Positions 17,441 through 26,706 of a stretch of DNA of 49,654 nucleotides are shown here, piece after piece. Under the pieces are notes generated by a model. It was given only the letters and a program-made list of their open reading frames with translations, made no database searches and was not told where the DNA came from. The DNA comes from an uncultured bacterium (GTDB lineage Bacteria > Fidelibacterota > Marinisomatia > SCGC-AAA003-L08 > D37C17). Position numbers and translations under genes: made by a program. Within the stretch, counting starts at the first letter, position 1. Each line of letters opens with the position of its first letter. The stretch covers positions 1 through 49,654 of the forward strand of contig CAZHKH010000001.1 in the NCBI GenBank assembly GCA_964532515.1. Reading direction: 5' to 3'.

Positions 17441-18254
17441 AAAATAATGATGATGAGTAATTAGGGCCTTGCAACAGCACTCTAATAGAAATTAAAATTG
17501 ATAATAATATTGATTTTATAAATGCAATAGCTGATCCTTTCTTAGAGCTTAAGATTGATATATAGAAAGTATCAAATAACATTCTTTTTTTATTGATTAT
17601 TCTATATTTTTTATTCTCTAGCAACCTCTCTAATGAATCACTGCTAAAATGATATAAATGCCTTGGAAGATCATAGGCTGCCCAGTTTGTATCAAAATAT
17701 TTTCTCTCTATCGCATTAATGTTTGGTACCGCTATAAAAAGTTTACCTGAATCCGAAATCATTCTTTCAAGGTTTTCAAACAAAAGATCTAAATCATATG
17801 CATGCTCTAGTACATGCCATAGAGTTATCACATTAAAGGAATTATTCTTTAAATCAGGAGAATTTGATCCATTAAAATATGGGTCGTATGATGTAGATGA
17901 TACTGAATTGTATAAATTTAAATATTTTGAAAATTTCCCATCTCCCCCACCATAATCAAGATGTTTAATATCAGTAGTAGTATATTTTTTTAGTGTTTTG
18001 TATTTACCTCTAAAAGTGATTTTCTGTACGATTTTATAAATAGAGTATACAAGGCCATTACCTTTTGAGTGAGGATGGTAATCTGTCGTATTATAATATT
18101 TCTCCATTTCCTCTAGTTCAGGTCTAGGATTTAAATAAGAAAAGCCACAATCACATTCTACTATCGAAAAAGTCTCGCCATGAGAATCATTTAGAATTGA
18201 AGCGAATGTGGTATAGCTATCACTTTTACATATATAGCAATTAGTCTGAACCAT
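17418..18254 (-). CDS. Class I SAM-dependent methyltransferase with N-terminal Cys4 zinc-ribbon
   Basis: 278 aa. CYICKS..x..ECDCG zinc-ribbon-like pair. LDYGGGDGKFSKYL (motif I). ITLWHVLEH..GKLFIAVPN is typical of Methyltransf_23-like enzymes. Confidence 0.65.
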   Translation of the reverse strand: MVQTNCYICKSDSYTTFASILNDSHGETFSIVECDCGFSYLNPRPELEEMEKYYNTTDYHPHSKGNGLVYSIYKIVQKITFRGKYKTLKKYTTTDIKHLDYGGGDGKFSKYLNLYNSVSSTSYDPYFNGSNSPDLKNNSFNVITLWHVLEHAYDLDLLFENLERMISDSGKLFIAVPNINAIERKYFDTNWAAYDLPRHLYHFSSDSLERLLENKKYRIINKKRMLFDTFYISILSSKKGSAIAFIKSILLSILISIRVLLQGPNYSSSLFYVCEKKN

Positions 18255-19113
18255 GAGGCTGATTCTTTCTTAAATAGTAATGAAATGCAATGCTGATAAT
18301 CATCATTAAAATTGAAATATATTGCGCCCCTGACAAATCAAAATAATATCTAGGGTTGAGTCTAATAAATTCAACTACAAATCTAGCAAGACCAGCAAGG
18401 AAAAGATAGTTTATAAAAATCTCACCATTGAAATGGTTCTTTTTTAATAAAAACCGTAGAAAAAAGAAAATAAGAACATACGCTATCATCTCATATATTT
18501 GAGTTGGATGAACAGCTAAAATTTCTGAATATGAAATTCCTTCAGGTAAAACATAGCCAGTCTGAGATATATTATATGCAGTCGACGGAGGAGCTCCATT
18601 TGGAAATGCTATTCCCCATGGAAGATCATTAGGGATACCATAGTCATCCCCAACCAGAAGACATCCAACTCTTCCTATTCCATGTCCAAGAGCTATGAGT
18701 GGAGCAACCAAATCAGCTACAACAAGCCATTCTAAAGATTTTTTTCTAATATAATGTGTAACAAGAAGCAATCCACCTAATAAACCACCCAAAAAGACTA
18801 ATCCCGCACCAAAGAGCTGTATCCCAGATGAGACTAGAGAAGAATCTAAGGTCACAAGACCATAGAATATTTTCCATAGGCCACCAATATTTTCAGATGC
18901 AATATCATAATTTTCAATTAAAAAATAAATTTTTGCACCAAGGATTCCACCAAGTGCTGCTCTAAATACAATATCATCAGCATAATCTGGATTATACCCA
19001 TAATTTTGAAATTCTTTCTTCAATAAATAATTTGCAACCAAAAATGCAATTACAATCATCATTCCAAATGATGAAATTGTAATTGGACCAATTGAAAATA
19101 ATTCAGGATACAT
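18241..19113 (-). CDS. lgt: Prolipoprotein diacylglyceryl transferase
   Basis: 290 aa, polytopic. GPITISSFGMMI, GRVGCLLVGDDYG and VHPTQIYE are Lgt signatures. Confidence 0.9.
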   Translation of the reverse strand: MYPELFSIGPITISSFGMMIVIAFLVANYLLKKEFQNYGYNPDYADDIVFRAALGGILGAKIYFLIENYDIASENIGGLWKIFYGLVTLDSSLVSSGIQLFGAGLVFLGGLLGGLLLVTHYIRKKSLEWLVVADLVAPLIALGHGIGRVGCLLVGDDYGIPNDLPWGIAFPNGAPPSTAYNISQTGYVLPEGISYSEILAVHPTQIYEMIAYVLIFFFLRFLLKKNHFNGEIFINYLFLAGLARFVVEFIRLNPRYYFDLSGAQYISILMMIISIAFHYYLRKNQPHGSD

Positions 19114-19118
19114 CCATT

Positions 19119-20912
19119 CTACTCCTCATCTAAATTTAAAATTGCTAAAAATGCTTCTTGAGGGAGATCAACAATACCAATTTTTTTCATTCTTTTCTTT
19201 CCTGCCTTTTGTTTTTCAAGAAGCTTTCTTTTCCTCGTTATATCTCCACCATAACATTTAGCTGTAACATTTTTTCTAAGTGCTCTAACAGTTTCTCTTG
19301 AAACTATTTTATTTCCAATCGCAGCTTGTATCGGAACCTCAAACTGATGTCTTGGAATTAATTTTTTTAATTTTTTACATAAATCTGATCCGCTCTTATA
19401 AGCTTTATCTTTATGAATAATTATACTTAACGCATCAACGATTTCTCCAGCTATTTTTACATCTAGTTTATTTAATTGCCCTGGCTGATCATCTATTAAT
19501 TCATAATCTAAGGTGGCATATCCTTTTGATGATGCTTTTAATCTTTCAAAAAATTCATATATTATTTCACCTAGTGGCATATTGAAAATTAACTGAACTT
19601 TATCCTTAGATAGATAGTTTGTTGATTTATATGCGCCCCTCTTATTGACGCATATCTTCATAATAGAACCAATAAATTCTGATGGGGTAATTATTTCCGC
19701 GCGTATGTATGGCTCATAGATAGTGTTTATTGACCCTGTATCTGGCATTTCTGATGGATTTTCAAGCTCCATCATACTACCATCATTCATTTCAATCTTG
19801 TATCTTACATTGGGAGATGTAGTTATAAGATTCATATCAAACTCCCTTTCAAGTCTCTCCTGAACAATTTCCATGTGCAACGGGCCTAAAAATCCACATC
19901 TAAACCCAAAGCCTAAAGCATGAGATGTGTTAGGCGTAAACTCTAGAGATGAATCATTTAGCTTAAGCTTATCTAAACTAGCTCTCAAATCCTGATAGTC
20001 TTGAGAATCTACAGGATAAAGTCCACTAAAAACCATTGGCTTGATATCCTTATATCCAGGTAATGGAGTATCTGCTTTGGATTGTTTGGTTGTTAGAGTA
20101 TCCCCCACTTTAAGTTGATCGACATTTTTTGTATTGATAATCGCATACCCCACATCCCCTGCTTCCAAAGAAGATGTCTGCAGACGATCTAATTTTAAAT
20201 CACCAACCTCAATAATCTCATGTGAAAAATCATTTGAAAAGTACTCTGCATGCTGACCTTTTTTGATACTTCCATCAAACATTCTAAGATACGCTACTAC
20301 ACCTCTATATTGGTCATAAAAAGAATCAAAAATTAGACCTCTAGCACCTCCTTCACTTTCTCTTGGAGGAGGAATTCTATCAACTACAGCCTCTAAAATA
20401 TCTTCTGTTCCTATTCCATCTTTTGCGCTGCATCTAAGAATATCTTCTTGATTACATCCCAAAAGATCAATTAATTGATTTTCACTATCCTGAACATCAA
20501 TATTGGGAATATCAATTTTATTTAGAACTGGAACAATAGTAAGATTTGCATCCATCGCAAGATATGCATTGCTAACCGTTTGAGCTTCCACTCCTTGAGC
20601 AGCGTCAACTAAAAGTACAGCACCTTCACACGCAGCCATACTTCTGGAGACCTCATACGTAAAGTCAACATGACCAGGGGTGTCAATTAAATTCATTTGA
20701 TAATTATTTCCTTTTGATGAATAATTAATTTTAATTGGATGTGATTTTATTGTGATCCCTCTTTCTCTTTCAAGATCCATATTATCTAACAGCTGATTTT
20801 TCATTTTCTTCTTTGAGAGGGTATCTGTAAACTCAATGATACGATCTGCTAGTGTCGATTTCCCATGATCAATATGTGCAATAATGCAAAAATTTCTGAT
20901 ATCCTTGTTCAC
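19119..20912 (-). CDS. lepA: Elongation factor 4
   Basis: 597 aa. IRNFCIIAHIDHGKSTLADR, DTPGHVDF, NKID, and the C-terminal LepA-specific ..KCYGGDITRKRKLLEKQKAGKKRMK. GTG start at 20912. Confidence 0.95.
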   Translation of the reverse strand: MNKDIRNFCIIAHIDHGKSTLADRIIEFTDTLSKKKMKNQLLDNMDLERERGITIKSHPIKINYSSKGNNYQMNLIDTPGHVDFTYEVSRSMAACEGAVLLVDAAQGVEAQTVSNAYLAMDANLTIVPVLNKIDIPNIDVQDSENQLIDLLGCNQEDILRCSAKDGIGTEDILEAVVDRIPPPRESEGGARGLIFDSFYDQYRGVVAYLRMFDGSIKKGQHAEYFSNDFSHEIIEVGDLKLDRLQTSSLEAGDVGYAIINTKNVDQLKVGDTLTTKQSKADTPLPGYKDIKPMVFSGLYPVDSQDYQDLRASLDKLKLNDSSLEFTPNTSHALGFGFRCGFLGPLHMEIVQERLEREFDMNLITTSPNVRYKIEMNDGSMMELENPSEMPDTGSINTIYEPYIRAEIITPSEFIGSIMKICVNKRGAYKSTNYLSKDKVQLIFNMPLGEIIYEFFERLKASSKGYATLDYELIDDQPGQLNKLDVKIAGEIVDALSIIIHKDKAYKSGSDLCKKLKKLIPRHQFEVPIQAAIGNKIVSRETVRALRKNVTAKCYGGDITRKRKLLEKQKAGKKRMKKIGIVDLPQEAFLAILNLDEE

Positions 20913-20918
20913 TGGCAG

Positions 20919-21686
20919 CTACTTTTTAAAGTTAGGTTTTCTTTTTTCTAAAAAAGCATCGATCCCTTCTTTTGTTTCAGAGGAATCAAATAGCTGAGCA
21001 AAGAGATTATTCTCTACGTCAAAAGAATCATAGTAGCTTACATTTTCACCAGAAATAATTGATTGAATTGCTGATTTTATTGCCATCGGACTATTTGAGG
21101 ATATTTTTTTACATAGTAAAAAAGAATCTTCAAGAACATCTTCACAAATCTTATTGACTAAGCCTATTCTAAATGCGTCCTCTGAGGTAATATGATTTGC
21201 AGAGGTAATCATTTCAATTGCAACGCCTAGTCCAACTACATTCTTTAAGCGTTGAGTACCACCAAATCCTGGGATTAATCCCAGGCTCACCTCTGGAAGT
21301 CCTAAAATAGCAGTTTTTGATGCATATCTAATATGGCAAGATAATGCAAGCTCTAGTCCCCCACCAAGAGCATATCCATTGATTGCAGCAATAACAGGCT
21401 TAGAGTATGACTCTATGTTATTAAATAATTCTATTCCATCTTTTGAGTAGTTAGCAGCGTCAGATTCAGAAAAAGCACTCATTTCCTTGATATCCGCTCC
21501 AGCAACAAAAGATTTATCTCCAGAGCCAGTGACTATCACTGAACTGATGCTCTCATTATCCCTGTATTTAGAGAATGCCTCATTTAATTCCTTGATTACA
21601 TTTACATTTAGTGCATTGAGCTTGTCGGGTCTATTTATAGTAATAACAAGAGTGCTATCTATATTTTTCAATTTAAGGTTTTTCAT
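20919..21686 (-). CDS. Enoyl-CoA hydratase (short-chain crotonase)
   Basis: FVAGADIKEM, ALGGGLELALSCH and GLPEVSLGLIPGFGGTQRL make an intact crotonase motif set. Start set at ATG 21686 (ATGA overlap with the trkH stop) rather than the TTG at 21695. Confidence 0.85.
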   Translation of the reverse strand: MKNLKLKNIDSTLVITINRPDKLNALNVNVIKELNEAFSKYRDNESISSVIVTGSGDKSFVAGADIKEMSAFSESDAANYSKDGIELFNNIESYSKPVIAAINGYALGGGLELALSCHIRYASKTAILGLPEVSLGLIPGFGGTQRLKNVVGLGVAIEMITSANHITSEDAFRIGLVNKICEDVLEDSFLLCKKISSNSPMAIKSAIQSIISGENVSYYDSFDVENNLFAQLFDSSETKEGIDAFLEKRKPNFKK

Positions 21687-23149
21687 GATTTCCAATATGT
21701 TCGACTAAATAGTATTAGTACAGTAAAAATTTCCAGTCTTCCTAAAAGCATGCAAAATGTAGCTAGATACTTAGTTGGGTCATTCAATGAGGCCCAATTG
21801 CTGCTTGGTCCAATAATACCAAGTCCAGGACCTATGTTGCCAATAGACGATGCAGAAATAGCTAAAGATGAAATAAGATCTATTCCATTCATTGAAACAG
21901 CTAAGGCGCATAATCCAAAAATTAATATATAAAAAAGATAAAATCCTAGTGTGCTTCGTACAATATCATCTTCTATTACACTCTTTCCTATCTTAACGTG
22001 GTGCAATCCTCTAGGATGTAATATTCTTGTAACTTCTGCTTTTATATACTTTATAACCAGTATCGTTCTAATTAATTTAATACCACCTGTAGTGGATCCA
22101 GCCATTCCTCCTATGAAGAATAAAAAGAAAACAATTAACTGAGATAATGCAGGCCAATTTCCGTAATCATGTAGGGTATAGCCTGTAGTTGTCATAAATG
22201 TAATAGTATTAAACAATGATGCTGTTACATTTTCAAATGTATACCCATAGATACCAGCAATATTTAAGAATGTTAAAATAAAGAAAATAACAATAAAGGA
22301 TATATAAAATTTAAACTCTGTATCATTAAAGTATTCAAATGATTTCTTGGAGATCAATAAAAAATGTAAAGAAAAATTTGTAGCTCCTAGGAACATGAAA
22401 AACATAATAGTCCAGCTTACAATATCACTATCAAATCCTGAGATACTATTATTGAATGTGGAAAATCCACCCGTTGCTATGGTTGTCATTGAATGGCATA
22501 TTGCATTAAAAAAAGTTAATTTATCAATATTAAAAATAATCCCTTCAAGGTATAGTACAATAGTTTCAATGACAATTAACCCTAAGTATATTATCCATAA
22601 GTATTTTGCTGTTTCCTTAATTGTAGGGGTAAATTTATCGGTTGTAGGTCCAGGAACCTCTGCCCTAAAAAGCTGAACACCACCCATCCCTAAAATTGGT
22701 AGTATCGCAATTGTAAATAAAATGATACCCATTCCACCAATAAATTGTGTAAAGCTACGCCAAAATAATAAACCATGAGGAAGCGCTTCAATATTATTTA
22801 GTATAGATGCTCCTGTTGTGGTTATTCCTGACATCGATTCAAAAAATGCGTCTGTAAATGTAGGGAAAAAAGTTGATTGATAGTAAGGGATAGAGGAAAA
22901 AATTCCCATAAAGAGCCACGACATTGTAACTACATAAAAACCATCTCTTAAATTAATTTCACTTTTTATTTTTCCTCTTGATAAAAAAAGTAAAATTAAT
23001 GCTGTAATCGTTGTAATTAATCCAGATTTAATAAAAATATAAAAATCATTTTCGTTGTAGATTAGAGGCCACAATGAGGTTAGGAACATAGAGAAACCTA
23101 AAAAAAGTAAAATATAACCAACAAATCTAATGATGGGTTTTTTTATCAT
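21683..23149 (-). CDS. trkH: TrkH-family potassium uptake protein
   Basis: 488 aa, polytopic. Repeated selectivity-filter-like MSGITTTG, TIATGGFS, MTTTGYT and NIGPGLG motifs. Confidence 0.9.
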   Translation of the reverse strand: MIKKPIIRFVGYILLFLGFSMFLTSLWPLIYNENDFYIFIKSGLITTITALILLFLSRGKIKSEINLRDGFYVVTMSWLFMGIFSSIPYYQSTFFPTFTDAFFESMSGITTTGASILNNIEALPHGLLFWRSFTQFIGGMGIILFTIAILPILGMGGVQLFRAEVPGPTTDKFTPTIKETAKYLWIIYLGLIVIETIVLYLEGIIFNIDKLTFFNAICHSMTTIATGGFSTFNNSISGFDSDIVSWTIMFFMFLGATNFSLHFLLISKKSFEYFNDTEFKFYISFIVIFFILTFLNIAGIYGYTFENVTASLFNTITFMTTTGYTLHDYGNWPALSQLIVFFLFFIGGMAGSTTGGIKLIRTILVIKYIKAEVTRILHPRGLHHVKIGKSVIEDDIVRSTLGFYLFYILIFGLCALAVSMNGIDLISSLAISASSIGNIGPGLGIIGPSSNWASLNDPTKYLATFCMLLGRLEIFTVLILFSRTYWKS

Positions 23150-24501
23150 TTAGAAATAAATAGACCTTCTGCATTTTGTGCATCTTCAGGTTTGACAAAA
23201 ATTAGGAGTTCGTCGCCAGGCTTTATCTCAGTCAAAGTACTTGGTATTTTGACTTGATTATCTCGAATAATTGCTGCAACTGAGAAATGAGGAGGGATAT
23301 CATCAATTGACATTTCTTTTATTATATACGCTGAAGATTCATCAACTATCACATCTATTGCCTCAACTCCTACATCATCAAAGCGATGAACCTCAACATT
23401 ATCTTCATTTGATCTAATTACGTTAAGTACTTCATTTACTGCTGATATATTTTTGCTAACAATTGCATCAGCTCCAATCCTTCTAACTGATTTTAAATAG
23501 TTAGTCGTTGTAATATGTAAAATAACCTGCTTTGCGCCATAATGCTTTGCAAGTAACGATGCAAGGATATTAGTCTGCTCATTTTGGGTCGCAGCTATAA
23601 AGCAATCAACCTCAGAAATATTCTCAGATTCTAAAAATTCTATATCTAGGCCATCGCCAATAAGCATCAATGTCTCTGGTAGATTTGGACTATATGTTTT
23701 TGCTTTTTCTTTATTTTTTTCTACAATTTTTACATTGTAGTCAAATTGCAAGGCCTTAGCTAGTAATCTTCCAATTTTTCCAGATCCAAGAATCATTACA
23801 TTCTTTACATCGAAAGAGGGTTTTCCTGCCATTTTTTGAATATCATCTATATCTTCTTTTCTACCTACAAAATAAATGTGATCATTTTTTTTATAAATAT
23901 CTTCTGGTGTTGGAATAAAAAAATCATCATTTCTATTTATTAGGACTGTTTTATGCCTTGTAAATGGATTTGAAGCTATAACATTATCCACAGATCTTCC
24001 GATGAGTGGAGAGGATGATTCTAAATTTATTCCAACCATTAAGATTTTACCACCATGAAATTCTTGAACCTCAACGGTAGAAGATTTCCTTACAAGATTT
24101 TCTATTTCAATTTGCGCAGCTTTTTCAGGATAGGTTACATACTCAATACCAAATTGTTCAGGAGTGATAATAGCATCTTTGTGCATATACTCTGTATTTC
24201 GGAGCCTGCAAATAACATGCTTCGCTCCCATCTTTTTTGATATTCTAGAAGCGACCAAGTTAACTTCATCTATTCTAGTTAATGCTAAGAGATAATCAAC
24301 ATCTTTCATATCAATACCTTGGAGAATTCTTTGAGATGCTCCATCCCCTTCAATTACACGAGAATCTAAGTTATTTTTAATTCTTTTACACTTCTGTGAA
24401 TCAATATCAATAACCGTAATCTCATGATTCTCTCTAGATAGTGACTTTGCGAGATTAAACCCAACTTCACCTGCGCCTATTATAACAATTTTAGATTCCA
24501 T
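23146..24501 (-). CDS. trkA: Trk system potassium uptake protein TrkA (tandem RCK/NAD-binding)
   Basis: 451 aa. Two Rossmann motifs (IIGAGEVG and ILGSGKIG), each followed by an RCK_C-like region. ATGA overlap with trkH. Confidence 0.9.
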   Translation of the reverse strand: MESKIVIIGAGEVGFNLAKSLSRENHEITVIDIDSQKCKRIKNNLDSRVIEGDGASQRILQGIDMKDVDYLLALTRIDEVNLVASRISKKMGAKHVICRLRNTEYMHKDAIITPEQFGIEYVTYPEKAAQIEIENLVRKSSTVEVQEFHGGKILMVGINLESSSPLIGRSVDNVIASNPFTRHKTVLINRNDDFFIPTPEDIYKKNDHIYFVGRKEDIDDIQKMAGKPSFDVKNVMILGSGKIGRLLAKALQFDYNVKIVEKNKEKAKTYSPNLPETLMLIGDGLDIEFLESENISEVDCFIAATQNEQTNILASLLAKHYGAKQVILHITTTNYLKSVRRIGADAIVSKNISAVNEVLNVIRSNEDNVEVHRFDDVGVEAIDVIVDESSAYIIKEMSIDDIPPHFSVAAIIRDNQVKIPSTLTEIKPGDELLIFVKPEDAQNAEGLFISK

Positions 24502-24554
24502 AATTAAATATTAGTTATAGTAAGTATATTATTTTTATTTAACATATAAAACAA

Positions 24555-24588
24555 ATAAAAAAGGGCCCTTTATTACTAAAGAGCCCTT
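24555..24588 (-). terminator. Rho-independent terminator downstream of the T9SS-cargo gene
   Basis: The minus strand reads AAGGGCTCTTTA-GTAA-TAAAGGGCCCTT followed by TTTTTTA. That is a 12-bp stem (one G-U pair), a 4-nt loop and a T-run, 31 nt after the stop at 24620. Confidence 0.65.
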
Positions 24589-24619
24589 AACCTTTAAAAC
24601 AAGGATTTAAAGATTTTAT

Positions 24620-25345
24620 CTACTTTAAAAGTGTCATGTATTCTGTGCTAGTGAAACCTCCTGGAGCTTTCATAACATAAAAATATTGACCAGAAGCAAC
24701 TGATTGGCCGCTATTATTTCTTCCATCCCATTGAATAGAATAATTATTTCTACCAACAAACTTATTAACTAATGTTTTAACGGTAGCACCGTTTAGGTCA
24801 TATATAACTAATGAAACATGGCCTGGAGTAGAAACACTATAGTTAATAGTAGTTGATGGATTAAATGGATTTGGATAGTTTTTTGATAATGATGTAATGC
24901 TTGGTAATTCTGAATCTACTGTAAGATAGTAATCTTCAAAACTTGCATCTAATTTCTGACCATTATATCCAGCAACAATTAACTCGCCAGTAAACTCTAG
25001 CAATGATGAAACATTGTTTGAGCCTGCTACTTCAAAAGGAAGATTAATTAGGTGTGTTCCTGATTTAGCGGTTAATGGTTGACCGTCAAAATCAAACATT
25101 AAAACTCTAATAATTCCATTCCCTTTGTCTGCAGCATAGACGTCTTCAGCACCTGATACTGATGAAGCATCAATAGAGAGTTCAGAAGGATCATATTTAA
25201 GATCAAACTGAATACCATATATATCATTATCACTATTAAGCTTAACAACTACATCCGATGATGTATTGTTTAAAGTAACTGAAGTAGCAGCAAACATCGC
25301 TGAAACTAAAACAGTTGATATTGTTGTTATGATTATTTTTTTCAT
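24620..25345 (-). CDS. Secreted protein with cohesin-like domain and T9SS (Por) type-A C-terminal sorting domain
   Basis: Signal peptide MKKIIITTISTVLVSAMFAATS. IYGIQFDLKYDPSEL is cohesin-like. C-terminal NYPNPFNPSTTINYSV..LVIYDLNGATVKTLV..SGQYFYVMKA is the T9SS CTD pattern. AAGGAG lies about 8 nt upstream of the ATG. Confidence 0.75.
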   Translation of the reverse strand: MKKIIITTISTVLVSAMFAATSVTLNNTSSDVVVKLNSDNDIYGIQFDLKYDPSELSIDASSVSGAEDVYAADKGNGIIRVLMFDFDGQPLTAKSGTHLINLPFEVAGSNNVSSLLEFTGELIVAGYNGQKLDASFEDYYLTVDSELPSITSLSKNYPNPFNPSTTINYSVSTPGHVSLVIYDLNGATVKTLVNKFVGRNNYSIQWDGRNNSGQSVASGQYFYVMKAPGGFTSTEYMTLLK

Positions 25346-25454
25346 TTTTTGATTCTCCTTGTTTTAAAATTTTAATCTCTATCTAAACTTAAGATAAATA
25401 AAATTTAATTTCAATTAAAAGTGTATCACTTTATGTAACAAATTATTTCAGGCA

Positions 25455-26702
25455 TTAAACTCTCTTTATCATCGCCCCAATATCTGAAAATTTATTTTCT
25501 ATATTTTCATATCCTCTATCTATATGATATATTCGACTAATTTCCGTTTCTCCATTTGCACATAGTGCTGCGATTACCAAGCCGGCACTAGCTCTAATGT
25601 CAGTGCACATAACAGGTGCTGCAAAGAGCTCATCGACTCCCGTAATATGAGCCACATTATTTTTAAGCTTAATATCTGCTCCCATTCTTAATAATTCAGA
25701 AATATGAGTAAATCTATCATGATAAATGTTTTCGGTTATAGTAGATAAACCTTTTGCTTTGATCATTAGGGCCATCCATTGGGCTTGTAAATCTGTAGGA
25801 AAACCTGGGTACTCAAGTGTTTCCATATCTATAGATTTATAGTTGCCTGATGAAGAAATTAATATTTCATCATCATTAATTTTAGTTGAAATTTTCAATT
25901 CCCCTAAATGTTGAACAATAGAATCTAAATGAGCTGACTCTACATTGTTTAATTTAACTTCACCACCTGTCGCAGCTACGGCTATCATGAAAGTTCCCGC
26001 TTCAATTCTATCTGGAATAACATCAAACTCAAAATTATTATTTTCATTTTCAATTGGGTCTATAGTGATTCTTTCTGTACCAAGACCTTCTATCTTTGCT
26101 CCTAGTTTAATCAAAAAATATCCAAGTGAGACTATTTCAGGTTCCATTGATGCATTAATAATAACCGTTTTACCCTTAGCTTTTGAAGCTGCCATTAAAA
26201 CATTTCCTGTAGCTCCAACACTTTTCTTTTTAAACTCAATCTTCGCGCCAAAAGGACAACCATCTGCGATGATATCTCCTTTATCTAAAGTGACCTCAAC
26301 TTTCATTTGCCTTAAAGCCTTTATGTGAAAATCAACTGGCCTTGGACCCCAAGCACATCCACCAGGCAAAGAAACTTTAGAATGATGAAATCTGGCGAGC
26401 AAGGGTCCTAAAACATAGAAAGAAGCTCTCATTGTTTTTACTAGCTCATATGGTGCATGAGGATTGTTGCATTTTGTTGTATCTATCGTTAAAACATTAT
26501 TAGAGGATTCTACTTTTGCACCTATTATCTCTAAAAGTTTTATCATAGTCTGCGTATCTCTAAGGAAAGGAACATTTTTGATTTTATAAGTCCCAGGAAC
26601 AATAAGAGTCGCTGTCATTATTGGGAGAACTGCGTTCTTCGCTCCACTCACAGAGACTTCCCCAAACAATTTGCTTCCTCCCTTTACAATAAGTTTATCC
26701 AT
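25455..26702 (-). CDS. murA: UDP-N-acetylglucosamine 1-carboxyvinyltransferase
   Basis: 415 aa. MDKLIVKGGSKLFGEVSVSGAKNA, LPGGCAWGPRPVD (active-site Cys present), IDRGYENIE. Confidence 0.95.
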   Translation of the reverse strand: MDKLIVKGGSKLFGEVSVSGAKNAVLPIMTATLIVPGTYKIKNVPFLRDTQTMIKLLEIIGAKVESSNNVLTIDTTKCNNPHAPYELVKTMRASFYVLGPLLARFHHSKVSLPGGCAWGPRPVDFHIKALRQMKVEVTLDKGDIIADGCPFGAKIEFKKKSVGATGNVLMAASKAKGKTVIINASMEPEIVSLGYFLIKLGAKIEGLGTERITIDPIENENNNFEFDVIPDRIEAGTFMIAVAATGGEVKLNNVESAHLDSIVQHLGELKISTKINDDEILISSSGNYKSIDMETLEYPGFPTDLQAQWMALMIKAKGLSTITENIYHDRFTHISELLRMGADIKLKNNVAHITGVDELFAAPVMCTDIRASAGLVIAALCANGETEISRIYHIDRGYENIENKFSDIGAMIKRV

Positions 26703-26706
26703 TTAA

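Noticed and set aside
25945-26328. Long plus-strand shadow ORFs: 127 aa here, and also 3859..4239, 22347..22676, 38201..38560, 36206..36475, 48234..48518 and the other plus-strand track entries.
   Set aside because: Each is antisense to a minus-strand gene with strong family motifs (murA, methyltransferase, trkH, smc, lepB and others). Their sequences are low-complexity Ser/Leu/Ile/Phe-rich translations typical of AT-rich antisense frames.
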